A stretch of 63,330 nt of DNA, the filler included. It is 5 parts of 5 records of this genome, joined end to end, with 100 filler letters (N's around TTAATTAATTAA, not from the genome) between each part and the next. Parts side by side here need not be neighbours in the genome. Positions count along the whole stretch, not along the records: positions 9,042 to 25,325 come from DRR723986_3985; 4 more parts are not named here. One strand, written 5' to 3'. A program made the translations under genes and the position numbers. This document shows, piece by piece, positions 9,750 through 20,855 of the stretch. The stretch's first letter is position 1; the number at the start of each line of letters is the position of its first letter. Under the pieces are notes generated by a model. It saw only the letters and a list, made by a program, of their open reading frames with translations. It had not been told where the DNA came from and made no database searches.

Positions 9750-11633
9750 TTAGCCGACCAAGCCGCCATCATCGCGTGTCACCGCGATAATGGCAGAGCG
9801 CGGCACAGAGTTACCTCCATCCGGCCAGTTGCTGTTACCCTTTTCGCCAGGGTGCTGGATGCCGACAAACATCGTCTTACGGTCGCCTGACCAGCACAAA
9901 CCCGTGACTTCGGCCTCTTTCGGACCGACCAAAAAGCGACGAATTTCACCCGTAACCGGGTCTCCGGCCAGCATCTGGTTGTTCCCCTGCCCTTCAAAGT
10001 CACCTTCGTTGGAATATTTGCCGTCTGTTTGGATCCACAGCAGACCGGTGCTGTCAAAAGCCAAGCCGTCAGGCGAGTTGAACATATTGCCCTCGTTCAC
10101 ATTGTCTGAACCAGCTTTGTCATCCGAATGGACCTTTGGGTTGCCCGCCAGAACATAGAGATCCCACTTGAACTCAACCCCAGCATGATCGTTGTTCAAC
10201 GGTGTCCAACGCACAATCTGACCGTATTTGTTTTTCTCGCGCGGATTGGGCCCACCCAAAGGGGTTTCATCCCCGCCCTTGTTCGTTTTCAACCCTCGGT
10301 TTTTGTTGTTGGTCAGGGCGCAATAGACTTCGTTCGAATTTGGGTTCGCAGTCACCCATTCAGGGCGATCCATGGTCGTTGCACCAACTTTGGAGGCCGC
10401 GATCCGTGTGTGGATACAAATTTCCGCCTGCGTCATGCCTGTTGTGTCTGGCGTCAACGCCAGCCATTCACCCGCACCAGTGTCGTGGAATTTAGCCGCA
10501 AATATAGTACCGCTTTCCATAAGTTCATCAGTGTCTACGCCAGCTGCATACACCCCGTTTGACACATAGCGGTACAGGAATTCACCACGCTCATCATCGC
10601 CCATGTAAATGACGAGACGGCCGTCATTGTTGATCACGCATTCCGCATTTTCGTGTTTGAACCGGCCAAGCGCTGTGCGCTTTTTCGGGGTGGAGTTTGG
10701 GTCACGCGGGTCGATTTCAACGACATAGCCAGCCCGGTTGGGTTCGTTGGGGTTTTTGGAGACATCAAAGCGATCATCGATTTTGGCCCAGCCATATCCC
10801 CAATCACTTGCTGAAATACCGTAACGCTTCAGTTCGGCAGAAACTTCGTGGTTTTCATCTTCGGCAGAGAAGTACCCATTAAAGTTCTCTTCACAGGCTA
10901 GATATGTGCCCCACGGGGTTTTGCCCGACCCACAGTTGTTCCAGGTCCCAAGCGTGGTTGTGCCCGCTGGATCAGCATCGGTTTTCACCAATGCATGCCC
11001 TGCTGCGGGACCGGTCAAGGTCATCTCAGTGTCGGGGGTGATGCGACGGTTAAACGGGCTGTCGATGACAACTCCCCAGCGGTCCCCATCATAGGCCATT
11101 TCCACCACGGATACACCATGCGCAAGCAACCCTTTTTCGATGTCATCTACATTCTCATGCTTACCATCGGCTCGGTTGCCCCAGATGATAGACCGGTTGG
11201 TGTATTCATTATTGATGGTCAACAACGTGCGACCCTCGTGCATGAACACTTCCATGCCATCTGTGTTGTCGCCAAACGTGCGCGCCTGAGTCTCTGCCGT
11301 GCCGCGGGTTTCCTGATCGAAAGCAACACTGTCAGACCACATGGGATCAGCCCAACGCACAACAACTTCGGCTTTGTAACCATTTGGAACACTGATCGAA
11401 TCTGCTGTCGAAACCGGTACGGCATCAAAAGCGAAACGGTTCGCGGCGGCTTTCACACCGGTCGGCAGCACCGCACCACCTAGCGTGGCAAAACCACCCA
11501 ACGCAAGAACCCCGCCCAGAAACCCGCGACGCGAGAGGGCCTGCTCAACAACAGTATCAAACTCACAATGTTCCGAACGGGGATTCACTGTCTCGTCAAA
11601 CTCATCAAACGAGAGGGTGTGATCATCTTTCAT
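9750..11633 (-). CDS. phoX: PhoX-family alkaline phosphatase, Tat-exported
   Basis: SRRGFL twin-arginine motif; NCGSGKTPWGTYLACEEN, GRFKHE, MDRPE, SPDG and IQHPG motifs. Confidence 0.96.
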   Translation of the reverse strand: MKDDHTLSFDEFDETVNPRSEHCEFDTVVEQALSRRGFLGGVLALGGFATLGGAVLPTGVKAAANRFAFDAVPVSTADSISVPNGYKAEVVVRWADPMWSDSVAFDQETRGTAETQARTFGDNTDGMEVFMHEGRTLLTINNEYTNRSIIWGNRADGKHENVDDIEKGLLAHGVSVVEMAYDGDRWGVVIDSPFNRRITPDTEMTLTGPAAGHALVKTDADPAGTTTLGTWNNCGSGKTPWGTYLACEENFNGYFSAEDENHEVSAELKRYGISASDWGYGWAKIDDRFDVSKNPNEPNRAGYVVEIDPRDPNSTPKKRTALGRFKHENAECVINNDGRLVIYMGDDERGEFLYRYVSNGVYAAGVDTDELMESGTIFAAKFHDTGAGEWLALTPDTTGMTQAEICIHTRIAASKVGATTMDRPEWVTANPNSNEVYCALTNNKNRGLKTNKGGDETPLGGPNPREKNKYGQIVRWTPLNNDHAGVEFKWDLYVLAGNPKVHSDDKAGSDNVNEGNMFNSPDGLAFDSTGLLWIQTDGKYSNEGDFEGQGNNQMLAGDPVTGEIRRFLVGPKEAEVTGLCWSGDRKTMFVGIQHPGEKGNSNWPDGGNSVPRSAIIAVTRDDGGLVG

Positions 11634-11708
11634 AGCGTGCTCCGACTTGGCTAGCATTCAATATGGGAATCCCTGAAGCGGAATTCGAGGATCACGTCGC
11701 ATGTCTGT

Positions 11709-11726
11709 GTGAAGCCATTGTGACAG
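11709..11726 (-). promoter_or_regulatory. Pho box (PhoB site)
   Basis: CTGTCAC-AATG-GCTTCAC on the minus strand, 7-4-7 direct repeat about 75 bp upstream of phoX. Confidence 0.7.
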
Positions 11727-11814
11727 GAAGGATCAACATGTCATTGAATTCTCTTGCGCGTTTGTCAACGCGCGCATAGTTTTAAACCAACTCGAAATCG
11801 GAGGGCGTGAAGTC

Positions 11815-12927
11815 ATGGCGCCCAAGCGTCCCAAAGGTGCGGGCGTGTTCCCAAAAGCGGTCGAAAACCCCGCGCCTCACCGGCCTGATCCTGATGCGCT
11901 TTATGCCGCGCTGGATCTGGGTACAAATAGCTGCCGGATGCTGATTGCTCAACCAAAGGGCAGCGGCTTTCATGTGGTGGATAGTTTCTCCAAGTCCGTG
12001 CAATTGGGCGCGGGTTTGGAACGGACCGGGCGTTTGTCACGGTCCTCGATGGCACGCACCGTTCAGGCATTGCGAATCTGTCAACAAAAACTGAAGCGTA
12101 ACAAAGTTCAGCAAATGCGTTTGGTCACAACCGAGGCATGTCGCAGGGCAAAAAATGCACGAGAATTCATTCGACAGGTCAAACGCGAAACAGGTCTGAC
12201 ACTTGAGGTGATCCAACCCGAAGAAGAAGCCCGGCTGGCCGTTATCTCTTGCGCCCCACTTGTTTCAACAAACACGGAACAATTGCTTGTTGTTGATATT
12301 GGCGGTGGATCAACTGAACTGGTATGGATTGACATCTCATCTGTCCCACGACGTGATCGCCCTGCTGCAATCATGCGCTTGCATGCTGGGTTTCACCCGC
12401 CAGAAAGCCCCTTTCCAGCCGCCAAAGTAGTTGATTGGATCAGCGTCCCATTGGGCGTTGCGACCCTGCGGGATCAGTTCAGCGACGTCGAAGATGACTC
12501 AGCTCGTTTTGCCTTGATGAGCTGGTTCTTTGAGGAAAACCTAGCGGATTTTGCGCCTTACAAAAACATCCAATCGCGCGAGGGGTTTCAAATCGTAGGA
12601 ACCTCAGGAACAGTCACAACCGTCGCAGCCAGTCACCTAGGTCTAAAGCGCTATGACCGTACCAAGGTGGACGGGTTGCGCATGACGTCTGATCAAATTG
12701 ATCGCGTTATTCGCGGCTATCTAGATCTTGGACCGGTCGGCAGACGGCGGGATCCTCGCATTGGCGAAGATAGGCAAGCCCTAATCATGTCAGGATCCGC
12801 CATTTTACAGGCGCTTTTGCGCTGTTGGCCCACGGATAGATTGTCAGTTGCGGATCGCGGTCTGCGCGAAGGTCTGCTATACGCGCAGATGAGCGCAAAC
12901 GGCGTATTGGAAGACGGACCATTCTGA
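11815..12927 (+). CDS. Ppx/GppA-family phosphatase
   Basis: [23 protein letters not shown] and GLREG motifs. Confidence 0.93.
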   Translation: MAPKRPKGAGVFPKAVENPAPHRPDPDALYAALDLGTNSCRMLIAQPKGSGFHVVDSFSKSVQLGAGLERTGRLSRSSMARTVQALRICQQKLKRNKVQQMRLVTTEACRRAKNAREFIRQVKRETGLTLEVIQPEEEARLAVISCAPLVSTNTEQLLVVDIGGGSTELVWIDISSVPRRDRPAAIMRLHAGFHPPESPFPAAKVVDWISVPLGVATLRDQFSDVEDDSARFALMSWFFEENLADFAPYKNIQSREGFQIVGTSGTVTTVAASHLGLKRYDRTKVDGLRMTSDQIDRVIRGYLDLGPVGRRRDPRIGEDRQALIMSGSAILQALLRCWPTDRLSVADRGLREGLLYAQMSANGVLEDGPF

Positions 12928-13643
12928 TGGCAAAAACACCAACTGGAAAAAACACCTCGGGACGCGGGCAACGCGACCTAAAGGTCAAAGTCAAAAGCGC
13001 CCGTGGGCGGACGACAAGTTCTACTCGCTGGTTGCAGCGTCAATTGAACGACCCCTATGTCAAACGAGCACAGATCGAAGGTTATCGCGGGCGTGCGGCC
13101 TTTAAAATCATGGAACTGGATGACAAATTCAGATTTTTGGTTCCCGGTGCGCGTATTGTTGATCTCGGATGTGCACCCGGAGGTTGGTTGCAGGTAGCCG
13201 TGAAACGCGTCAACGCGCTGGGCGAAAAGTCGGGCAAATCTGTCGGAACCGTTCTGGGGGTCGACCTTCAAGAAGTTGAAGCAGTTGCTGGGGCCGAAAC
13301 CCATCAATTGGATTTCATGGACGATGGCGCCGATGACGTTGTGAGAAACTGGTTGGGTGGTAAAGCCGATGTCGTCATGTCAGACATGGCAGCCTCTTCT
13401 TCAGGTCACAAGCAAACCGATCACCTGCGGATCATTTCGTTGTGCGAAGCCGCCGCCTATTTCTCGTTCGATGTGCTGGAAGACGGCGGAACGTTCGTCG
13501 CCAAAGTTTTGGCAGGCGGTGCAGAGGGTGAGCTTCAGAAGCTCTTGAAGCAGAAATTCACCAAAGTCGCGAACGTGAAACCGCCCTCATCGCGGTCGGA
13601 CAGTTCCGAAAAATTCGTCATTGCGACAGGGTTCCGCGCCTAA
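12927..13643 (+). CDS. rlmE: 23S rRNA Um2552 methyltransferase
   Basis: [28 protein letters not shown] and [11 protein letters not shown] motifs. Confidence 0.95.
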   Translation: MAKTPTGKNTSGRGQRDLKVKVKSARGRTTSSTRWLQRQLNDPYVKRAQIEGYRGRAAFKIMELDDKFRFLVPGARIVDLGCAPGGWLQVAVKRVNALGEKSGKSVGTVLGVDLQEVEAVAGAETHQLDFMDDGADDVVRNWLGGKADVVMSDMAASSSGHKQTDHLRIISLCEAAAYFSFDVLEDGGTFVAKVLAGGAEGELQKLLKQKFTKVANVKPPSSRSDSSEKFVIATGFRA

Positions 13644-13951
13644 CGTTTGGCCTTTTCACGCTTGGGAGACGTTTGCGCGCGAAAAGATGCAGCCGCTTGG
13701 CTTTGTATCAGTAAGGCATCAGCATGGCTGATTGCCTTTTCTGATTGCCTCGATACTCGGGCAGCCCCACCGTTGTTGAGCTCTTGATGTCTCAATAGAT
13801 CAAAGAGCAGCGCGTGCTGCTGCAAATGCGTGTCCTGGGGCATCGTCATCTCGTCGCAAAAGGTCAAAGAGCCTGAGGCTCTACCCAACACTAAACACAC
13901 AGAAATTGATCACAGGTTGACGGCTTTCTGACCATCATAAGGCAAGCCCCC

Positions 13952-15859
13952 TTAGCGAAGCTCTTGTTTCAACCGCAGTAACTCAGCATGATCAGGCACA
14001 ACACTTAGGCCGCGCTTCAGAACATCACGTGCGGCTGCGGGTCCCCGATTGATATGTGCCAGGCGTACCAACATTGGCCATGCTTCGGCGCGCTGAGGGT
14101 CCATTTCCACAACTTCTGAAAAAGCTTGTTCAGCGGCTTGGGCATTTCGCATCGTTAACGCCATGCCGCCAAACACAAGATGCGTTTCTGGAAAATCCAA
14201 TCTTGTCCGCAAAGCCTGCTGCCAATCCTGCATACCTTCGCCAATCCCAGCTTGCTGACTGCGCGTGAGCGTACCCGTATCCGCCCCCAAGAATTGCTTG
14301 GCCGCAGCGATACGGACCGAACGCATGGGGTCCTGTAAAACAGGCAACAATCGTTCGACACGTATAGTTAGCGGGGCACCGCGTTGCAAACTTGCCGCCC
14401 CAGCACGCAACAGAGGATCCGGATCTCTTAACAGCGGCGCAACGATCTCAGCTAGTGGTTCACTGGCCGAGGGCTCTAACATCGAAAGGGCAGTTGCGCG
14501 CACGATACCGGCTTGGCTTTTGTCCAACGCGATATCTCGCAAATTCGAAGCTTCCAAACCTGGGTTCAGCCGCGCGCGGGCAAAGGTTTGGCCAAAATGA
14601 GGTTGCCGGTTTTTTGTGTCCGGGAACCAGCTGGCAATCTGGTCAGCTGCCCAATCTTGGTCTTTGTCTTGGTGGCAATCAGTACAAGCATCAGGCCCGC
14701 CGGTTTCGGCCCCAAGGTCCGGACGCGGCACTCGAAAACTGTGATCGCGCCGACCGTCAACGCCCATATAGGTGCGTTCGATCATATGACAGGATTTGCA
14801 TTGTGCCCCTGCACTGTCTTCAGAGTGCCGGTGATGGTTCGGCGTGTCGTAGTCGTTGAGCGGCAAACTGGAAAAATCTGGATTTCCAGCCTGAGAATGG
14901 CATTGTGTGCATACTGCATTCCCCTCTGCTTTTAGCCCTGCGCTGTGGGCCTCGTGGCAGTTTGTGCAGCCAACGCCCTTTGAATACATCTTGGATTGCA
15001 GAAATGATCCGTAGACATACACCTCGTCTAGGATCTGGCCGTCCGCATGGTAAGTACCGGGCCGCAACAACGCCAGAATATAGCTGTCAGCATAGGGCGT
15101 GCCCGGGACGGGATTCCCGTCCAACTGTGCTTCGCGGCGCGAATGGCATCCAGCACATTGTTGAATTTCCGCTTTAGTGTCGCCACCACTGAAAGACATC
15201 GTAAACCCGTACGGGTCTAGGTTTGCAGCGGGTGATTTTCCAACCGTCCATTCAATATGAGAGGATCCCGGACCATGGCAGGACTCGCACCCGACCCCGG
15301 TTTCAAGTTGGGTACTAGAATAGCTCTTACTGCGTGGTCCATAATTTCGTTTGTAATTGGTCGCGTGGCATTCCGCACAGCGTGCGTTCCAGTTTTTGTA
15401 GGGTCCAGTCCAATGCAACCCATCCTCAGGCGGCAGGTCTTGATCTGGATAGAGATGAAACCACTCCTTTTTCTCTGTGTCCCAAACCACATCCGAACTT
15501 TGTAAACGACCCTTTTCAGTCTCAAACAGGTACTGCTGCAAAGGTTCGACACCAACAACCGAGTGCACTTTCCGGTCCATAACCGACCCATCCACTTCGG
15601 TCGTCTTTGCAAAATATCCTTGAGCATCCTCGCGGAATTCCGTCACCACGCCTTTGTGTTCAAATCGCGTCCCATCGAAATCTGCGAGAACCTTTGATTG
15701 ATCCGGTGCATTCCAGGCCAACGCGTGATGGGAGCTAGACCAGCTTTCAGCCGCTTCCTCATGGCAAGCAACGCATTCTTTGGATCCAACGTATTCAGGT
15801 GTCTGCGCCAAGATAGGGGCCGCAAAAAAAGCAAACACGAAACTTAGGCTTCGAAACAT
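13952..15859 (-). CDS. Exported octaheme c-type cytochrome with C-terminal HEAT/TPR repeats
   Basis: Eight CxxCH motifs (CVACH, CAECH, CESCH, CAGCH, CTNCH, CTQCH, CKSCH, CTDCH); signal peptide from ATG 15859; helical repeat tail. Confidence 0.9.
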   Translation of the reverse strand: MFRSLSFVFAFFAAPILAQTPEYVGSKECVACHEEAAESWSSSHHALAWNAPDQSKVLADFDGTRFEHKGVVTEFREDAQGYFAKTTEVDGSVMDRKVHSVVGVEPLQQYLFETEKGRLQSSDVVWDTEKKEWFHLYPDQDLPPEDGLHWTGPYKNWNARCAECHATNYKRNYGPRSKSYSSTQLETGVGCESCHGPGSSHIEWTVGKSPAANLDPYGFTMSFSGGDTKAEIQQCAGCHSRREAQLDGNPVPGTPYADSYILALLRPGTYHADGQILDEVYVYGSFLQSKMYSKGVGCTNCHEAHSAGLKAEGNAVCTQCHSQAGNPDFSSLPLNDYDTPNHHRHSEDSAGAQCKSCHMIERTYMGVDGRRDHSFRVPRPDLGAETGGPDACTDCHQDKDQDWAADQIASWFPDTKNRQPHFGQTFARARLNPGLEASNLRDIALDKSQAGIVRATALSMLEPSASEPLAEIVAPLLRDPDPLLRAGAASLQRGAPLTIRVERLLPVLQDPMRSVRIAAAKQFLGADTGTLTRSQQAGIGEGMQDWQQALRTRLDFPETHLVFGGMALTMRNAQAAEQAFSEVVEMDPQRAEAWPMLVRLAHINRGPAAARDVLKRGLSVVPDHAELLRLKQELR

Positions 15860-15965
15860 TTCAGCAGAGGTCCTTAAACTACACGTTCCTTGGGAACGAA
15901 AAATGGAAACAAAATAAGGTGTTACCCGATAATAGAAAACCAAATTCTGAGTACGCTAGTTTCGT

Positions 15966-16868
15966 TCATTTAGGGCTGGCGTCAAGATCTGAAACCTCAT
16001 CGCCATCATCGTCGTCAGAACCGGCGGCCCTAAGTTCTATCAATGCGCCATTGAATTCAGCCCCCCATATAAGGATAGCGGAATTGAGATACAGGAAAAT
16101 CAAAGCTGCCATAGCGCCTGCAAGCCCAGCATATGTCGCGCTGTAACTGGCAAACCGTCCAATATAGACAGAAAACGCCCAACCTGCTGCGGTCCACAAG
16201 CCCAAGGTAAGCACGACACCGGGCAAAATTTGAAACAAGCTATGCCGCTTTGCAGGTAAAATCGCGTGGCACGCCAAAACCGCCCCTGCCGGCATAGCAA
16301 CGATGAAAATCCAACTGAGCCGTTCCAGCGAAAGCCATTCCGGTGTTTCACCTGGCAAGACCTCACCAACCAATTGCGTGTAAAGCGGCAAAATCACCTC
16401 GAACGCTGCGGTTGCCAACACGATCGCCCCCCCTGCGATGACGATGGCAAGGCACAGCAGGCGAGTTTGCCAAAACGGGCGGTGATCAATGTCGTGATAG
16501 GCCCGCGTCATTGCCTCGCGAACCGCATCGACTCCGTTAGAGGCAAAGTAGATCGCTACAACCCCCCCCACAGTCATGACTTGCTTGTTGGCCCCCGCAA
16601 GAACGGCTTTGAGCTCAGCAATGATTGGATTAGCAACGGCTTCTGGCCACGTTCCGAAAATAAGCTCGATCACATCATCATTCACCAAATCCTGCGACAG
16701 GCTCCCTGCCAGAGCCACGACAAACAAGATAAACGGGAACAGGGCCATCATCATGGACATCGCCACGTGACTGCTCATGACAAAGCCGCTTTTCTCAACA
16801 AACCGGTTCACAGCAAGCCAAAGTGCGCGCACAAACAAAGCTGGCGCAGAAGAGTTCAAAGTTATCAT
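15966..16868 (-). CDS. YihY/BrkB-family membrane protein
   Basis: ALFPF, ASNG, YSATYAGLAG and GAEFN motifs. Confidence 0.92.
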   Translation of the reverse strand: MITLNSSAPALFVRALWLAVNRFVEKSGFVMSSHVAMSMMMALFPFILFVVALAGSLSQDLVNDDVIELIFGTWPEAVANPIIAELKAVLAGANKQVMTVGGVVAIYFASNGVDAVREAMTRAYHDIDHRPFWQTRLLCLAIVIAGGAIVLATAAFEVILPLYTQLVGEVLPGETPEWLSLERLSWIFIVAMPAGAVLACHAILPAKRHSLFQILPGVVLTLGLWTAAGWAFSVYIGRFASYSATYAGLAGAMAALIFLYLNSAILIWGAEFNGALIELRAAGSDDDDGDEVSDLDASPK

Positions 16869-17070
16869 TTTTCCTTACTAGCGCGCACAACAGACAGACC
16901 CAAGCAATAACACTGCTTGCAGTTGTACAATTGCCAAGCTCGGTGCACACTCTTATCCAAATCTTCTCAGTTTGCTCACCGCTCAGCTGAAAATGTTCGC
17001 GTTTAATTGTGAGATGTCAGGCTTGATCGGCCCTATTGTTGGCGGCACCGTGTTAAAAAGGATCGTTTTC

Positions 17071-18153
17071 ATGCTTGAAACAGAGGACACACAAACTGGC
17101 CGCATCCGCCCAACCTTGTCGGCATGTCGGGATATCTCCATCATTGCGACGCTTATTGTGTTTGGGCTCTATGCTGGATCGGGATTCCTTATTCCTCTAA
17201 GTTTGGCACTGCTCGTGTATGTCTTGATCATCGCCGTCAGTGATCGTGTCATGAACATTCTGCCTGTACCCGTTTGGGCTGCGAATACCCTAGGGGTCGC
17301 TGTAGTACTTGCAGGTTTGTTCATGGTGATGTTTGTTTTGGGAAATCAGGCCACCCAATTCGCACGGGCTGTTGGAACCTACGAAGCACAATTCGATAAT
17401 GCGTTGTCACGGATCGTGACCTTGATCGGCAATGATGTTGCGATATTTATTCGCGACAATCTGGTCAACATAGATATGTCCATGGTTGCACGGTCCGCTT
17501 TTGGTGGCGCCACATCTTTCTTGAATACATTTCTTCTCATCAGTCTGTATGTTGCGTTCATGATGGCGGAACGTTCCATTTTTCGCAAAAAGATACAGTT
17601 GGCTGCCAATGATCCGGAACTCGGGCAAGATTTGGCATCTATGATGACCGCTATCTCGCACAGCTTGCAAAGCTATGTTGGGGTCAAAAGCTTTGTCAGC
17701 ACTCTAACCGCCTTAATCAGCTACACGGTTTTCCGCCTATTAGAGCTAGAATATGCGGAAACGTGGGCAGTCTTAACTTTTGCACTGAATTTCATACCCT
17801 CAATCGGATCGATTGTTGCCGTCATTTTTCCAGCTTTGGTTTCTCTGGTGCAATTCGACACGATGACCCCATTTCTGGTTATTGTGTTGTTCTGTGGGAC
17901 GATTCAGTTCTTGATCGGGAACATTCTGGACCCTGCGCTGTTGGGTAAGTCGCTGAACATGTCAACGTTCATGGTCATTCTTGCTTTAACGTTCTGGAGC
18001 GCAGTTTGGGGTCTAATCGGAGCGTTTTTAAGTGTTCCGCTTACCGTATGTATCCTGATTATTTTCAGCCACATCCCATCCCTACGCCCAATCGCGATTT
18101 TGATGTCAAAAGATGGTAAACTCATGTCGATTTCGCCATCAAAAGGCGTCTGA
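17071..18153 (+). CDS. AI-2E family transporter
   Basis: LNFIPSIGS and WGLIGAFLSVPLT motifs; multi-TM. Confidence 0.92.
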   Translation: MLETEDTQTGRIRPTLSACRDISIIATLIVFGLYAGSGFLIPLSLALLVYVLIIAVSDRVMNILPVPVWAANTLGVAVVLAGLFMVMFVLGNQATQFARAVGTYEAQFDNALSRIVTLIGNDVAIFIRDNLVNIDMSMVARSAFGGATSFLNTFLLISLYVAFMMAERSIFRKKIQLAANDPELGQDLASMMTAISHSLQSYVGVKSFVSTLTALISYTVFRLLELEYAETWAVLTFALNFIPSIGSIVAVIFPALVSLVQFDTMTPFLVIVLFCGTIQFLIGNILDPALLGKSLNMSTFMVILALTFWSAVWGLIGAFLSVPLTVCILIIFSHIPSLRPIAILMSKDGKLMSISPSKGV

Positions 18154-18428
18154 TCGACATTCGATCTCTGCGGCGCGTTCGCACGATTCAAATCCAAACG
18201 CCCACGCCACCCTGCCTTGAGTATTCTTCTTAATCGAACTTTAGCCACATTCCGCTCACGCTACCTGAACCGGTGAAATCCATTTGGCGCAGGAGGAAAT
18301 TCAATCTAAACTTAAGTGAATTTTAGAACAACTTCGTACCCTTACGGGGAATTTTAATATGTCTCCCCCTTAAACGGGTCCTGCTCACAATCGTTACTCA
18401 GACACTATCCGAACAAAAAGAGATTGAT

Positions 18429-19418
18429 ATGACTGCGCACGCTCAGATTTTGGACCTGAAATCCCGCATGGCCCAATCCATTATCGGTCAAACAGACGTA
18501 ATTGATCGACTTTTGATTGGTCTGCTGGCCAACGGAAACCTACTGGTCGAAGGGTTGCCGGGCTTGGCCAAAACGCGAGCGATTAAGGCGATGGCGAAAA
18601 ACTTAGCAGCAGACTTTAGCCGTATTCAGTTTACGCCTGATCTGCTCCCGTCTGACGTCACCGGAACCGAGATTTACACACAAACGGATCAAGGCGGTAC
18701 TTTCAAGTTTGCGCCGGGTCCGATCTTTGCCAACATTGTGTTGGCGGATGAAATCAACCGCGCCCCGGCCAAAGTGCAAGCCGCCCTGCTGGAAGCCATG
18801 GAAGAGCGTCAGGTAACGGTGTCGGGAACCACACACATAATGGAGCCTTTGTTCATTGTGATGGCGACGCAGAACCCCGTAGAACAGGAAGGCACATATC
18901 CATTGCCAGAAGCACAAATGGATCGCTTTCTGATGCATGTGAATATCACCTATCCCCCGGTTGAGGATGAGGTTGAAGTGATCCGTCTCGTGCGCGCTGA
19001 AGAAATCGCAGCTTTGCAAGACCAGGCCGAAGCCAAGAAGACCGAGAAACCCACAGCGATTCCGCAAGACGCTATTTTTCAGGCCCGGGCCGAGATCGGG
19101 CGCATCCATGTTTCAGATTTGATGGAACGCTATATGGCAGATCTAGTGTACGCGACGCGCGAACCCGAAAATCTCAGCGCAGATCTAGCACGGTGGATTG
19201 ATATAGGGGCCAGCCCACGTGCTTCGCTCGCTTTAGATAGATGTGGTCGAGCCCATGCTTGGCTCGCGGGACGGGACTATGTTGATCCGCTGGATATCCG
19301 GGCTGTCATTCCTGATGTTTTCCGCCACCGTCTCACCCTCAGCTTCGAAGCCCAAGGCGACGACAAACATGCCGATGATGTAACCAACGAAATCGTCAAG
19401 CTGGTCGCATTGCCCTGA
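18429..19418 (+). CDS. MoxR-family AAA+ ATPase
   Basis: GLPGLAKT, RIQFTPDLLPSD, DEINRAPAKVQ and YPLPEAQMDRF motifs. Confidence 0.96.
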   Translation: MTAHAQILDLKSRMAQSIIGQTDVIDRLLIGLLANGNLLVEGLPGLAKTRAIKAMAKNLAADFSRIQFTPDLLPSDVTGTEIYTQTDQGGTFKFAPGPIFANIVLADEINRAPAKVQAALLEAMEERQVTVSGTTHIMEPLFIVMATQNPVEQEGTYPLPEAQMDRFLMHVNITYPPVEDEVEVIRLVRAEEIAALQDQAEAKKTEKPTAIPQDAIFQARAEIGRIHVSDLMERYMADLVYATREPENLSADLARWIDIGASPRASLALDRCGRAHAWLAGRDYVDPLDIRAVIPDVFRHRLTLSFEAQGDDKHADDVTNEIVKLVALP

Positions 19419-19431
19419 ACCGGAGGTCCAC

Positions 19432-20385
19432 ATGGCACAGCCAGATCCCCGTACCGAAAGAGATCCGCGGATCCACGTGACCGTCGATCAACTTCGCCGT
19501 CTTGCCCATGGTGCCCGTGCACTCAGCCTGTTGCCACGCCAACCGGCGAGTTCTATTTTAAATGGCCGCCATGGCTCGCGCCTTCGCGGGCGCGGTTTGA
19601 ACTTCGAAGAGTTACGCGGCTATTTGCCGGGTGATGACATTCGAACCATAGATTGGAAAGTCACCGCGCGGACGGGCGAACCGCATGTGCGCGTCTACAC
19701 CGAAGAACGGGATCGCCCTGCGTTGGTTGTTGTTGATCAACGCATGTCTATGTTTTTTGGTAGCCAAGTTTACATGAAATCCGTCGTGGCCGCCGAGGCT
19801 GCAGCAATCGTTGCCCATCGCATACTCGGGCAAGGGGATCGAATTGGTGGGCTGGTGTTCGGAGATTCCATTATTGCCGAACACCCACCACAACGGCGCA
19901 CGTTGGCTTTGAACCAATTGGTAAACTCCATTGCGCAGGCCAACCAAATTCTCCATCCCGTCCAAACTGCGCCCGCTGAACCGATACATCTCAACACCCT
20001 TTTAAAACGCACTGTCAGGATCGTTAATACCAACACGCTCGTGGCGCTGTTTTCAGATTTTGAGGGGCTGAATGCTGAGTCTGAAAAATATCTACGCAAG
20101 CTCGCGTTGGCAAACGACCTGATAGTTTTCAATGTGTTTGACCCTGCGTCCCGGGGTTTGCCTGCCTCTTTGCGGTTGGCCATATCCGATGGCATGCAAC
20201 AGGCTGACCTAGATGCCTCTGATCCCAACGTGCGGGCACGGATAAACACCGTACTCGTAAACCGACTTGATATTTTGCACGATTGGTCTCGCAAATATGG
20301 CTTTCCAATTGTCCCGCTTGAAACCGATAGTCCTGCTCTGGATCAGATGTTGACGCTGTTCGGACATGCAAGGGGGCGCAAATGA
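19432..20385 (+). CDS. DUF58-domain protein
   Basis: GRGLNFEELRGYLPGDDIRTIDWKVTAR signature. Confidence 0.94.
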   Translation: MAQPDPRTERDPRIHVTVDQLRRLAHGARALSLLPRQPASSILNGRHGSRLRGRGLNFEELRGYLPGDDIRTIDWKVTARTGEPHVRVYTEERDRPALVVVDQRMSMFFGSQVYMKSVVAAEAAAIVAHRILGQGDRIGGLVFGDSIIAEHPPQRRTLALNQLVNSIAQANQILHPVQTAPAEPIHLNTLLKRTVRIVNTNTLVALFSDFEGLNAESEKYLRKLALANDLIVFNVFDPASRGLPASLRLAISDGMQQADLDASDPNVRARINTVLVNRLDILHDWSRKYGFPIVPLETDSPALDQMLTLFGHARGRK

Positions 20386-20855
20386 CCGACGAATATTCAG
20401 GGAAATCACTCACTGAATTGCTCGACATGTTAGCCCCCATTGTCGAACCAGCTGCCGTGTCGATGATGCCCCAAACGATTGGCTGGGCGCTTGTTGGAGG
20501 TGCTGTCACCCTAGCCGGAACTTGGGTCATGCGACGGATCATCAAGCATCGGACCGCAAATGCGTATCGGAAAATTGCATTGCGGCACCTTGAACACATG
20601 CAAGATGACCCCGCTCAGATCGCTGTACTTTTGCGACGCACCGCCTTGGCAGCCTATCCTCGCAGCACAGTCGCCGGATTGCATGGCAATGACTGGCTCA
20701 CGTTTCTTGACCGAACCAGTGGGAACTGCGGGTTCCTGTCGGATACAGGTCAAATCTTGGTCTCTGCGCCGTATCAGCCGGTCAAAGCAAACAAGGATGT
20801 GACCAATTTGGCCCGCTTCTGGATTACCAGACACCAGAGTGAGGTGCACCAATGA
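20382..20855 (+). CDS. DUF4381-domain membrane protein
   Basis: PQTIGW, LLRRTALAAYPR and WLTFLD; canonical position in MoxR/Bat operons. Confidence 0.85.
   Translation: MTDEYSGKSLTELLDMLAPIVEPAAVSMMPQTIGWALVGGAVTLAGTWVMRRIIKHRTANAYRKIALRHLEHMQDDPAQIAVLLRRTALAAYPRSTVAGLHGNDWLTFLDRTSGNCGFLSDTGQILVSAPYQPVKANKDVTNLARFWITRHQSEVHQ

Noticed and set aside
13640..13900. Small minus-strand ORF between rlmE and the cytochrome
   Set aside because: No recognisable motif or clear RBS; cannot be supported, though not excluded
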